A stretch of DNA of 64,000 nucleotides from positions 112,530,001 through 112,594,000 of the forward strand of contig OZ024741.1 in assembly GCA_964016885.1 (NCBI GenBank). The letters run 5' to 3'. Shown here one piece after another: positions 38,371-50,390 of this stretch. The first letter of the stretch is position 1. Each line of letters starts with the position of its first letter. The notes beneath the pieces are model-generated. The model saw only the letters and a program-made list of their open reading frames with translations, searched no databases and was not told the origin of the DNA. The DNA comes from Eledone cirrhosa. Taxonomy: Eukaryota. The translations under genes and the position numbers were made by a program.

Positions 38371-39268
38371 CTCTCTGTCAGCCAGTGGCATACAAATTTC
38401 TGAGGAGTAAACTTTGATACATTTCTTCAATCACGTAGATTATAAAACTCTGATAATTTAGTACAATAGTAAATATTGTTCTTAGAAATTAAGATATATT
38501 GTGACTGTGGCAGAGAAAATATTTGTACAAGGTAATATGCAGGGTGACAATGTCAAAGTGTGGCTATTGATTGTGCCACAGATGGCGCCCATGTATGGTT
38601 ACAAAACGTCTTTCTCTAGCAGTTGTTTTACATAAATGAATAAATAATTAAGGGAACAAAATATTTTTAAAAAAAATAATTGAAAAAGAAATCACAGGAT
38701 TCCCTAAGACAATTTACATATATATATATGGTGTGAGGTTTTGAAGGATGTGTTTGAATATTTATGACTGGTGCAGTGTGTATGTGATGGGTAGGGTTGA
38801 TTGTAGGATTATGATTTCTGTTTATTTGAGTTCATAGATAACATAGCTTTGATATAGATTTGTTTACATCCTAATTAAGGCTGTAAAGTGGTTTCTGATA
38901 GGAAGAGCATTTAGTTGTAGAAAGCTTTCTAAGCAAAGGGTTGGGAGGACCCATTAGTTGTGTCAACGACACAACAGCCTCCCTAGTGCTGGTGATCTGT
39001 ACAATAAAAGCACCCACTACATACTGTAAAGTTATTGGTGTTAGCAAGAGCATCCAGTTGTAGAAAGCTTCCCAAACAAGGATTTGGGAGAACCATTTAG
39101 TTTGTATCAAAAGACATGACATCATCTTCTCTGCACTCAATATGACTGTATGCAAGCAGGATACAGACCCCTCAGCCTGTCTGTGAAGTCAGTAGCTCTG
39201 CTTCAGTGCTGATTGGGTCCATATAGATCCATCCAATCTTTTCCAACAGGGAAAGTGAACATTAAATG

Positions 39269-39326
<58 letters not shown>

Positions 39327-39436
39327 CGTGTGTCTGTGTGCATATACGCCTATACATATGCACATACATGCATGTACAAAGGGAAAAAATTATGAATGGT
39401 ATTTGATATGTAGTCATCTCTATCTAAATAATTGTA

Positions 39437-39625
39437 ATAATTGTTTCTACTTTTGGCACAAGGCCAGCAATTATCCCAGTGCACTACTGGTACTTTATTC
39501 TATCGACCCCGTAAGGATGAAAAGCCAAGTTAACCTCAGCGGGATTTGAACTCAGACCATAAAGGGGCGTAACTCTATGTTGCAAAGCATGGCGTCCGAT
39601 CCTCTACAGATACTGCCAATCCACC
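39437..39625 (-). mobile_element. tRNA-derived SINE (family of 44452 and 50021)
   Basis: Reverse complement of the 50021-50205 family, with B box gagttcaaatc. Confidence 0.8.
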
Positions 39626-40419
39626 TAATAGTTGAGAAAAATCAGGTAAAGTACCACATGTATATATACTATATATATATGATGCAGTTATTCACATAAT
39701 ACACCATGTAACATCACACAAAAATTCAGGGTCAATTATTTTTAGAGGTGTTTTTTTATCTTTTTCTTATTAAGTTGTTACCTATGATTCCTTTTCACTG
39801 AATATCTGAATATTTGTTTCATAAATTTTGAACATATTTCAACTATTATACACTGACTGATTAACCCACTTATACACATCTGGAATTTGTTTAACTGTTA
39901 TTTTGATACTGAACTAAAGAGAAAATCAAATCATACTTCAGTACTATTTTATTCTGTTTCTAATCTTACTCAACTGACAATAGATATTCCGATCAACCAA
40001 GTATACATGTTTTCAAGAGAGATCCCGAACTACTGTTTCAAACTGTTGAAATGATGTCAGTTGATGGTCGTAGTGAATTTTTAAGTTCCAGACATAGTAT
40101 CGATAAAAAAAAATCTGGCTTTAATTAGGAATAATGAACAATTTGACAAATCAACTGGTGTGCTTCATTGACAAAGATCCAATAAAGATCAATCTGCCAT
40201 TAATAGAGCATTTTATTCTCAGAGAGCAGCCAATACTTGGACAGTTTTCCCTCTTCAGCTTGACGGGGAGCAGTGACTGGGCTGGTAGCTGAATGCACCA
40301 GATTTTCACTAGAGTAGGTGTCACAGCAACCGATTTCAGTAAATTGTATAGTTGCTTATGATAAGGATATGGATAAATGATCAGATTCTGAGTATAACAA
40401 GCATGCAAACAAAAGAATT

Positions 40420-40735
40420 ATACTTTTACTTTCTGATAGACACTCCAATGCTGATCTGTTCATGAGGTACAAAATTGGTGGGATGGAGCTATTACTGATG
40501 CAATCCTACTTAGAGGGGCTGGTCATGTTCTAGGGATGACTGAAGACTGCATACTCAAAATATTGTTATATTGTCAACTTCATAATGGTGCACGTAATGT
40601 AGGCAGACCATTATTTAGATATAAAGACAATCTGAAGTACAATATTAAATCTTTTACTTCTTTTGAAGCACTAGCTGCTGACTGTGGAGGATAGAGAACT
40701 GTCTGCCATGAAGGTATAAATAAATTTGAAAATTA
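40420..40735 (+). mobile_element. Old RTE/BovB-like RT C-terminal remnant
   Basis: Translates as AGHVL.MTEDCILKILLYCQLHNGARNVGRPLFRYKDNLK. Confidence 0.6.
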
Positions 40736-40805
40736 AAAAATGAATTGAGAAGATTGTTGAACCCTTATATGTTGAAATATGATGAGAAAGTCCATCTATC
40801 ATATA

Positions 40806-42527
40806 TCATCATCATCATCACCGTTTTACGTCTGTTCTTCCACGCTAGCATGGGTTAGATGGGTTGTCTTGTTGTGGGCAGTAGCCAGTTGGCTAACCAT
40901 GTCTTGCTCATATGGGAACTGATTCTGGCTTGATTTCTACAGCTGGATGCCCTTCCTAACACCAACCTCATTTACAGTGAGTGCTGGGTGCTTTTTTCTG
41001 TGGCGCCTACACATCCACTTTACAGTGTGGGCTCGGTGCTTTTTTGCCGTGGCACCTCCACGACCAATTTGCAGTGGGAGGGGTGGGGGCATATTGTCTA
41101 TATGCTTCAGCTTTGGCTTGTACCCATGGGGGGTCGGATCTTCTGTATTACTGAATGACGCCAGAGGTCACGGTCGTGTGTAATCGCCTTTGAGAGGTGT
41201 AATTGGGTAAGGTCAGCTTTTATCACCTCATCCCAGGTCTTCTTGGGTCTCCCCACTCCGTGGCTTCCATCGACTTCCAGTGCTCTGCACCTTTTTATGC
41301 AGCTGTCATCCTTCATACACATCACATGTCCATACCAACGCAACCTCCTCTCCTGCACACAGCATTTGATTCCTCTTATGCTCAGTCTCTCAATTCGTTT
41401 ATGCTTTGCCGTTTGTGTATATTACTATTACACATCCATCGGAGCATGCAAGCTTTGATTCTTTCTAATCTATGCAAGTCTTCTACAGACAGCGCCCAGG
41501 TCTCACTACCATGTAACATTGCTGTTCGTATACATGCATCATACAGTCTGCCCTTCATATTGAGGGAAAAGCCTTTTGCAGCTAGCAGTGGCAGTAGCTC
41601 CCTGAACTTCTTCCATCCCGTTCTTACCCTAGTTATTGTACTTTCCGAACACAACTCCGCTGCTAATTTGGCCACCTAGGTAGCAGAAGCTGTCTACTGT
41701 TTCTACAGAGCCCTCCCAGAGTTTTGTGGTACTTGTTTCCTGTGGCTGTTTGCCGCTTGCTGTCCCAGTGCAGCTGCTACATGTGAAGCCTACTTTCTTA
41801 GTTAAGCTTCTTGAGATCCCGCTACATCTCTTGTGTACCCATGTTTGCATTTGGGGCAGAGGATGGAGTTCCTACCGACACCTTTCCTACATACTGAACA
41901 AGGCCATTTCCCTGAGGGTATCTGGATTCTGTTTTCTCGTCTACTTACAAGGACCTTAGTCTTTGTCAGGTTGACTTTGAGACCCTTTCATTCTAGTCCC
42001 TGCTTCCATGTTTGGAATTTCTTCTCTAGTTCTACCATCAGCATACAGGAGTTCCCATGGGCATCCAGTCTTAAACTCCTCCATTATTGCCTGCAAAACT
42101 ATGATGAACAGGAGAGGGCTAAGAACAGAGCCCTGGTGGACACTGACCTGTATGCTAAATTCTTCATTATAGTCATTGCTAACCCTAACTTTGCTGACTT
42201 CTCCCCTATACATGGCTTGTACAGCTTTCACAAGCCATTCATCTACTCCTAGTTTTCTAGGAGCCCACCAGATTATAACACGGGGAACTCTGTCAAAGGC
42301 TTTCTCCAGATCGATGAATGCCAGGTAGAGCGGCTTACTTTTAGCAAGGTACTTTTCCTGTAACTGCCTCACAAGGAAGAGGGCATCAGTGGTGCCTTTT
42401 TCTGTTCCTGGCACAAACCCAAATTGTATCTCATCTAGTTTCACCTGGTCCCTAATCAACTGTGCTATAACTCTTTCTGTTACTTTCATGACCTGGTCCA
42501 TCAGCTTTATACCTCTATAGTTTCCTC
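40806..42527 (-). mobile_element. RTE LINE, 5'-truncated, same family as 11792-15150
   Basis: FIDLEKAFDRVPR, QGSVLSPLLF, RRLRWYGHV and (GAT)n tail. Confidence 0.92.
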
Positions 42528-42544
42528 TCTATATATATATGTGT

Positions 42545-44245
42545 ATGTAAAAGGTAAACAGAAATAACAACACAATCAGTACAGTATATGGAAGGGATAT
42601 ATTAGGTTAAGGCTTGATAGAGCAGGAAGAGGGTCTTAACATTTTGGATGCTAGTCCTTCATCAGAAGAAAGAATGAGAAATAAGATAGATTGAGGGGAT
42701 GGGTGGGATGGAATTGGAAAAAAATGTCTTTAGATAAAAATAACTGGTCCATTCATGTTGACATCTCTTGCGAAACTGTTGGTGCTGGCGTTTTGTATAT
42801 AATTTATTTTTTAGAAAAGTGGATGATGGAGCACGTCTACCGGAAATGGAAAAAAAAACGTTTTGTAAAAAGAGCCATACTTGAGCACGTGCGTAAGTAT
42901 GTGTGTGTGTGTGTTATTATACATCCGTATGAAGCTAAGAAGAAATGTGTGGGCATATGTGAGTAAAAGAGTGTGTGTGCATGTAAGTACGAATCTAGAA
43001 GAAAAAATATGTTAATATAAGCGTGTGTATGTGTGTATACAGAGCAGTGAAGGGAAAAGTGGTGTGAACATATATAGTCGGCGTGTATTAGTTGTAAGAG
43101 AGTTGTTAAGGATCAAGAGAAAGCGATAGGAATCTAGGGGTGTGATAATGGATGGGGTATTAGAGAAATTGGGGAGGTGAGTTGAGGCCAAGAGGGGAAT
43201 AAGACCCAAGGCGGTGAATCAGATTTTGTTCAGTCCTGGTGCGCGAGGCCTGTGATCCATGATGTAAAAGGACACCCAGGACTGAAACATGTAGGGAAGA
43301 ATGACCAGGAGAACAGAAATGAGGGGCGGCAGGTGTATCCAAGCTGAGTCGTATGTCCCTCAAATGTTCGGCAAATGTTTGTCCGATATATAAAGACCCG
43401 CAAAGGGATCACTGGAGGGCATAGTCAACGTGGGTGGATGTGCAGGTGAAGCAATGGCAGATACGGAAAGATCCGTTAGAGCCTGTAAGAGTGGTGAGGG
43501 TGGAAATAAAGGGACAAGTATTGCAGTGGGAATGGGAACAATCAGAGCCGGGTGGAGTGGTGGGAGAGGACGAAAAGGAACTGCAAACCAGGAGGTCACG
43601 GAGGCTGTGGGCACACTTAAAAGCAGTAATGGGTGGGTTTGGAAAAAAGCGTGAAGTGTCGGGGTCAGAAGAGAGGATACAGAAGGAAAGGAGGATATGT
43701 CGCCGGAGTGGCAGGGCGATGGGGTGGTAGGTCAGAGGGAAAGGAACACAGGTGTTGGGAGGGCGGGGGTGAGGTGAGAGGGCCGTGGTGCAGTCTGTTT
43801 CACGGGCGCGGGTGAGAGCAGCTTGGATCAGGGTGGGGGGGATATCCACGCTGGATGAAGCAGGAAGCCATGCGAAGTGAATGGGTTTCGAAACCGTCAT
43901 CCTGGCTACAGAGTCGATGAAGACGGAGGAATTGGGAATAGGGTATGGAGTGTTTGGTGTCAGTTGGATGGGATGAGGTGAAGTCGAGGTAAGATTGGGA
44001 GTCTGTTGGTTTAATGAAGATGGAAGTAGAGAGGGTGTGGTGAGAGTGATTAATAGATAGAGAGATATCTAGAAAAGCCACAGAAGAATCGGAGACGGAG
44101 GCGGTGAAATTGAGAGCAGGATGGAAAGATTGGACAAAAGAAAGAAAACAGTCGAGCTATTCTTGTGATAGAGAGGTGGCGCCGACACAGTCGTCGATAT
44201 AACGACCTTATAGCTGAAGAGTCGGACCAGCGTACTGGCAGAAGA
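42545..44245 (-). mobile_element. Penelope-like element (Neptune-like), 5'-truncated, with a decayed HHR at 42634-42669
   Basis: AFLDI...KPTDSQSYL..SSHP...SIPYSQFLR, LTYHP, C..C.TCPFI, FTC.S, LYIGQT, GLN. pLTR reads tctt-CTGATGA-a-gga..tcc-AAAATGTT-aaga, consistent with CpG decay of CGAAACG. Confidence 0.85.
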
Positions 44246-44451
44246 TCTATCTATTTATATATTATTAAATTCATTATTAGTAGTTGATTAGACACTCAAA
44301 ATCATAATCTAGTTATATAAAATCTAGTTATATAAAAATAAGATATATATCTTTAATAAGTCTGTGGATAATGTTGTTTCTGCCAACCAACCACAACCAT
44401 ACCTGTACAGCTGTTATACACAGCACAAATTGATATTATTATATGGAAAAG

Positions 44452-44618
44452 GGCGGTGAATTGGCAGTATCGGTAGAGGGTTGGACGCCATGCTTTCTAA
44501 CATAATTACGTCCCTTTACAGTCTGAGTTCAAATCGTGCCGAGGTTAACTTTGCCTTTCATCCTTATGGGGTCGATAAAATAAAGTACCAGTAATGTACT
44601 GGGTAATTGCTGGCCTTA
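44452..44618 (+). mobile_element. tRNA-derived SINE
   Basis: ggcggtgaattggcag head, gagttcaaatc B box, gcctttcatcc...gtcgataaaataaagtacc core. Confidence 0.8.
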
Positions 44619-44674
44619 TATGGAAAATGTTGAAAACGTCAAATACAGACTTGTTAGAAGGTAAATGCAATTGG

Positions 44675-45493
44675 ATTTACATTATATACATTGGACGGAT
44701 AGGTGTCCTCATCTTGTTTTGTTAACACAACGTTTTGGCTGATGTACCCTCCAGCCTTCATCAGGTGTCCTAGTGATGTTATTATTAACGTTTGTTCAGG
44801 TCACTGCGTAGAATTGAATTCGGAATCTTGAGGTTAGTAGCCCGCTTTTTAACCCCTTTTTTGTTTTTTCTTATAAACTGATAATTTTTCTATCCTTCCT
44901 CAATACCAGTTCCCATATACTACTCATATCTGACTAAGTCTGCTTAGGAGGTTATTGTGTCCTAGCATATGTGCTGCCTCTTTTAGTTTTCGTGTTTTCC
45001 AGTTTCCTGTCTATTATTTTAACTTCATCCCACAGGGGGAAGGTGGTCTCCATTTTTCCATACATGATCAGTTATACCCGATTTTTCAATCTCTCCTTGT
45101 ACACAGCTTTACGATGTTCTTCTACCCTTATTTTGAGGGGGTGGCCTGTTTCTCCTTTGTATAACCTACCACAACTGCATGGGATGGAGTACACATTAAC
45201 CTCCTAAGCAGACCTAGTGCAGATATGAGTAGTATATGGGAACCGGTATTGACGAAGGATAGAAAAATTATCAGTATATAAGCCCTAAAAATTCACGAGA
45301 AAAAACAAAGTGGTTAAAAAGCGGCTACTAACCTCAAGATTCCAAATTCAATTCTACGCAGTGACCTGAACAAACGTTAATAATAACATCACTAGGACAC
45401 CTGATGAAGGCTGAAGTGTACATCAGCTGAAACGTTATGTTAACAGCAAAACAAGATGAGGACACCTATCCATCCAATGTATATAATGTAAAT
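44675..45493. mobile_element. PLE remnant: ~290-bp inverted pLTR arms (44675-44960 / 45191-45493) around a GIY-YIG fragment
   Basis: The spacer on the minus strand reads VYSIPCSCGRLYKGETG..KIRVEEH. Arms carry HHR motifs at 44725-44768(-) and 45397-45440(+). Confidence 0.8.
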
Positions 45494-46069
45494 AATTCCT
45501 CATCTCAAAAATATAGAACTGGAATTGGATTTGTTTAAAGTTTTTGTGACCATATTTCGTATGAAATCCCACTATCTGTTTCAATTATTTTAAAAAAAAA
45601 TAATCAATTATATTGCTGTCTTTAGCAATATAACTTTCTTATTAATAAGTTTAGATTTATATCACAAGAAAATATTCTTACATAAAATTATGATAGATGG
45701 CTTAGATTTAAATATAAACACTTTATAATGGAATGTTTTATATCAGGTGTGGTTTAAGACAAATTGGTATCAAGAGGAAATGCTATATATGTAATCAACC
45801 ATTTTGCAGTTATATTGAAAATTAATAGGTGTTGAATAAGAAGGAAAATAATTTAAGCTTAGAGTTATTAATTAGCTAAATTTGAGAGAAACATTAAAAT
45901 AAAATCTAGTTACATGGAAATTAAATTAAAAAACCCACAAAACCTTAATACATCCCCCATGCACGCACGCACCCACGCATATGTAACAAAAGGCCAATAA
46001 TTTTTCAAAAGGTCAGTACAATGCAGTAGAAAAATATGAAGAGCTAGTGATGACAAATAAAACAAATCA

Positions 46070-46505
46070 ATTAAGAAGTGTGCACATATCGGCGAATGTG
46101 GGTTGGTGTCTATGGAGCAATCTCTTCAATGAAGGTCCTGAATGTGCCAGCTGTATATTCAGTTCCTCCTTATGGATGGCTGGTCTGATGGCAGCTGTCA
46201 TCTTCTCATTGAAATGCAGCATATTCCAGCTATTTTGGCTCTGTAGAGAAGGGCAGAATCATGGTGTGCAAAAATGACCCTGCAGGCATCCATGTAAAAT
46301 TTGTTGTATATGGATTTTTCAATGTTTGTATAGGTTAAATGAATCCTCTCCATTACAGCAACACCACAATTTTCTCTTACCTTTGTCATCTTCCTTGTGG
46401 GGTGTAGTTTATTGAGATCAGATTTCCCCACCTCTACTTACATTTTTCTTGGTCTTCCTTTACCATGGTTTCCTTGCACATGGAATTCTTGCACCTTCTT
46501 TAATT
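46070..46505 (-). mobile_element. Small PLE fragment (46070-46230) fused to an RTE 3' fragment (46230-46505)
   Basis: LNIQLAHSGPSL matches LDIQLAHSGPSL in the 35-kb PLE. GKGRPRK..EVGKSDL is RTE-like. Confidence 0.6.
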
Positions 46506-49500
46506 CACACATGCACACACACACATAATGTGTACACATGCAAATACATATATGCACATACACACATACATACATAGATACACACTCACGCATATATGCA
46601 TTGATACACACATATGCATATACATGTACTCAACTCAGATTCTCAAATAAATATTTGCTAATGTAACTGATGTGTGAAAGTTTTGTATGAAGTTGAAATA
46701 TAGTATGTTTAATCATGAAGTCATTGCTTACTCTTTTGTTGGTTTTAGTCATTGACATGATGAAAACTAAACTGTTAAGGTTTTAAGTTGATCATATCAA
46801 TTCCAGTACATTTTTTTAAAGTCAGGTTAATAAAACATGGCAACGGATTGGCAGAGTTGTTAGAACATAGGATAAAATGTTTTGCAGTGTTTGTTCTGTT
46901 TCTCAGCTCTCTGAGTCATATTCTGCAGAGGTCAACTTTGCTTTCATACTTTTGAGGTTGATAAAAAATATCAGCCTAGTACTGATGTTGATCTTCCTCT
47001 ATGTTTCTTTCTCACTTCATCTCTCTCACTTTCTAATCTGTACTCAGACTTGGAGAAGGGATGTGCTCCACCAGGTTTTAAAATGCTCTAAGAAATGCTA
47101 TATGTCAATATGGTGCCCCTATGACTCCCTCAGGAGATACAGGTCAATACCATACCATTTTACCATAGATAATCTTTGGATATTTGTGGGAATTTCTTTG
47201 CATTATAAAATATTGAGGTAGAGATGACCATTTGAAGGACATGAAGTGGAATGGCTCTTTTACTATATCTCTCTCACCATTCCTTGCATTTACTCATTTG
47301 CCATTTTGCCTGTAAAGACTATGGAACATTTCCATGACTCACTGTGATAAAATAAATTTTGTTAATTTTGTTAAAAAAAAGTTAGATTTATTTGATTTGA
47401 ATGAATATTTATTAATAGACCTCTATTAGATAAATAAAAAATAATTTCTTAAAATAAAACATAAAGGAAACAAACAAAATAAAACAAAATCTTAGGAATG
47501 ATAAAATATTTGTTTTGTAACTGAGCTGGAAGGAAATCCAATAATGACGACCAACCATAATATTTATTTTCTTCATGAACACACTCAGCGAGATTTGAAT
47601 TTTGATTAAGTTCTTCTTGGTATTAGATAACAATGAAGGACAGAATTTTTCAACAAGGGAATAGAATTAGACAATGGTGGAATATTGGAGGTTGACAAAA
47701 TTGTAAGGGAGACATGCGATATTGATTTGTTTATATGATCCTACCAATCAAGTGGAGAGTCATTTAGGCATATGATCCTACCAATCAAGTGCAGAGTCAT
47801 TTAGGCATTGGATTAAAATTGTTCCAGTATTTGTTCTGGTTCACTGTGCTCAGAGTTCAATTCCTGCCAAGGTCAACTTTGCCTTTCATACATCTGAGGT
47901 TGATAAAGTAACAGTCTAGCAATGGGGCTAAATTTTCTTCCTGAGGGTCATAATTATCAGGGCCCATAACCTTATCTACCAATCAAGGTTAATGACAATA
48001 AAATTACCTAACTCTTTAAGAGATTAATTTTGCAGTCTCCATAATAGACTTCATAATCCTGATGGGATCCTTTATGTGGCACTGTTTTACAGCTGAATGC
48101 CTTTCCTAAGTCATCTTTTACAAAACGCATGGATATAGTGTACTTATTCGAAATAGGATACAGACATTTAATTAAGAGAAAATTAGTTAAACAAAAAATA
48201 AAAAAATGGTACATATTCTAAATGCATAAGCTCAAATGTTTCTCATTTGATTTGCATAATTAATTTGTTCAGCTTAATATTATGTAAACGTGTTAATGTT
48301 CTTTTGAGTATGGTGTTTGTTGTTGTAATATTGAAATTGGCAGAATTTATTAAAATATCATCTTTCATAAATTGCACTTTCCATGCCATTAATATAAACA
48401 GTGAAGTCAATGGCAATTCCTTGTGTAATATAGTTTATATCTTTTACTTAAATCTTATATTACCATATTTTTATTAAAACATATCTTTCATTTGAAAATA
48501 ATTTAACAAATAGTTTAACAAATGTTCTTACATAAAATTATAATGGAAAGGTTTTAGATAAATAGACACACTATAAACCTTTACATTGCAAACTTTCTAT
48601 GAAACAATACCACCCATTTTAAAGGATTCCTACTTAAATTAAAACTGTCCAACATAATTGTATATAAGAACATTTCAGTATGTTACAACCACCATGTTAA
48701 TGAATTTATAATCTTAGTAAATACTTCCCCAATTTTTCATTTATCAGTTAAAATATAGAGTATTTAATTAGAAATATAGTAATGTAAAGGGTTAAATATC
48801 ATAGAAAAAGGATTGGTTTCAGGTGGTTTGGTATCAAAAGGGTTAATAAAATCTAGGAAATCGGTGGCACAGTTACTTGTAGTTTATATATAGTTTATAT
48901 GGGAGGATATTTAGATGAGTATAGATAATTTAAAACCAGGAGATGCTTTCGGAAGAATTAATAATAAATAAGTTAATTATTTTTACCAAATCGCTCCAAT
49001 TTATTTATTATTTAAAAAGTTAATTAAATGATCTACAGTATATTTCATCAGAAATAAGGTAATGAAATGGTTAATATTTTAATCCTGATGAATAGGAAAG
49101 TGTTCATAATTACTACACCCCCCCCCCCCCCCCCCCCCCCCACCTCCAGACATTGATGTTGGCAGCAATGATGTACTTGAAGTAAGCATGTAAAGAAAAT
49201 ATGGATCAGTATGAAAGATCCTGGGTGTTGTAGTTCTAGGGATAAAAGCTTGAATGATGTGTTTAGTGCTGGATTTAATGGGATGAGGAGACACATGGGT
49301 ATTACAAGATGAAAGAGTTACTCTGAAGAGTTAACCAATCAAGCAAGGCAGCAAATTGGCAGTCATTAGAATGTTGGATAGAACGGTTTATAATATTTGT
49401 TTCAGTTCTCTATGGTCACTGTATATACACACATACATGATGGATTGCCACACATACACAATGGGCTACTACACAGTCTCTGCCTTCCAAATTTCACTCA

Positions 49501-50020
49501 ACTTAAAAAAATTGGTCACCTACTCATTATTCTGCATAGTGGTGTCAAAGTTAGATCATGATTCTGCTGTAAAGTGAACTTCCTAACACATCTCTTTCTC
49601 TCTCTCTGTATATATATATATATATGTGGGGGTGTGCAGTTTTATTAAACCCAACTGGTTATGAATGTTTTTTATCCACACAGATATGCCTGCAATTGTT
49701 ATTATTTACTTTTTACACTTTTTTCTTAGTCGTGAAACAGAAAGTTTGAAAGTTCAAAAGACCATTTCTGGCAAAATTCATAATACTAATCTAGTTTAAA
49801 TTCAGTATACATCATGCAGTACACTAAATGTCAGTTGAGGTCATTGCTCACAAATATAACTATACACAAGTATTTTTGTTCATTATTCCTAGGATTATAT
49901 TTGATTTTCTTTTTAAAACAATATTTAAATCTTTAAATATTTACATTCAAAGATTCTTTCTAGTTTATCTTATTCATCCAAACAATTTGTATAATAACAG
50001 CTAACATCATTATTTGAACT

Positions 50021-50390
50021 GGCGGTGAATTGGCAGTATCGGTAGAGGGTTGGACGCCATGCTTTCTAGCATAGTTACGTCCCTTTACAGTCTGAGTTCA
50101 AATCCCGCGAGGTTAACTTTGCCTTTCATCCTTACGAGGTCGATAAAATAAAGTACCAGTAATGTACTGGGTAATTGCTGGCCTTGTGCCTAAAGTAGAA
50201 ACAATTATTTGAACTGGTGGATTGGCAGTATCAGTAGAGGGTTGGGTGCCATGCTTTGCAGCATAGTTACAGACCTTTACGGTGTGAGTTCAATTCCTGC
50301 CGAAGTTAACTTTACCTTTCATCCTTACAGGATCGATAAAATAAAGCAATGGGATAATTGCTGGCCTTGTGCCAAAAATAGATAAAATTG
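50021..50390 (+). mobile_element. Head-to-tail pair of tRNA-derived SINEs
   Basis: Two ~185-bp units separated and flanked by att(a/g)tttgaactgg. Confidence 0.85.

Noticed and set aside
47733-47806. 37-bp direct repeat pair of CRISPR-like length
   Set aside because: Two adjacent copies with no spacer in eukaryotic DNA: a simple tandem duplication.
48008-48214. 68-aa ORF with splice-like flanks, as a candidate host exon
   Set aside because: It contains ttaggaaaggcattcagctgtaaaac, a decayed copy of the common RTE/SINE tail motif, and has no recognisable domain.
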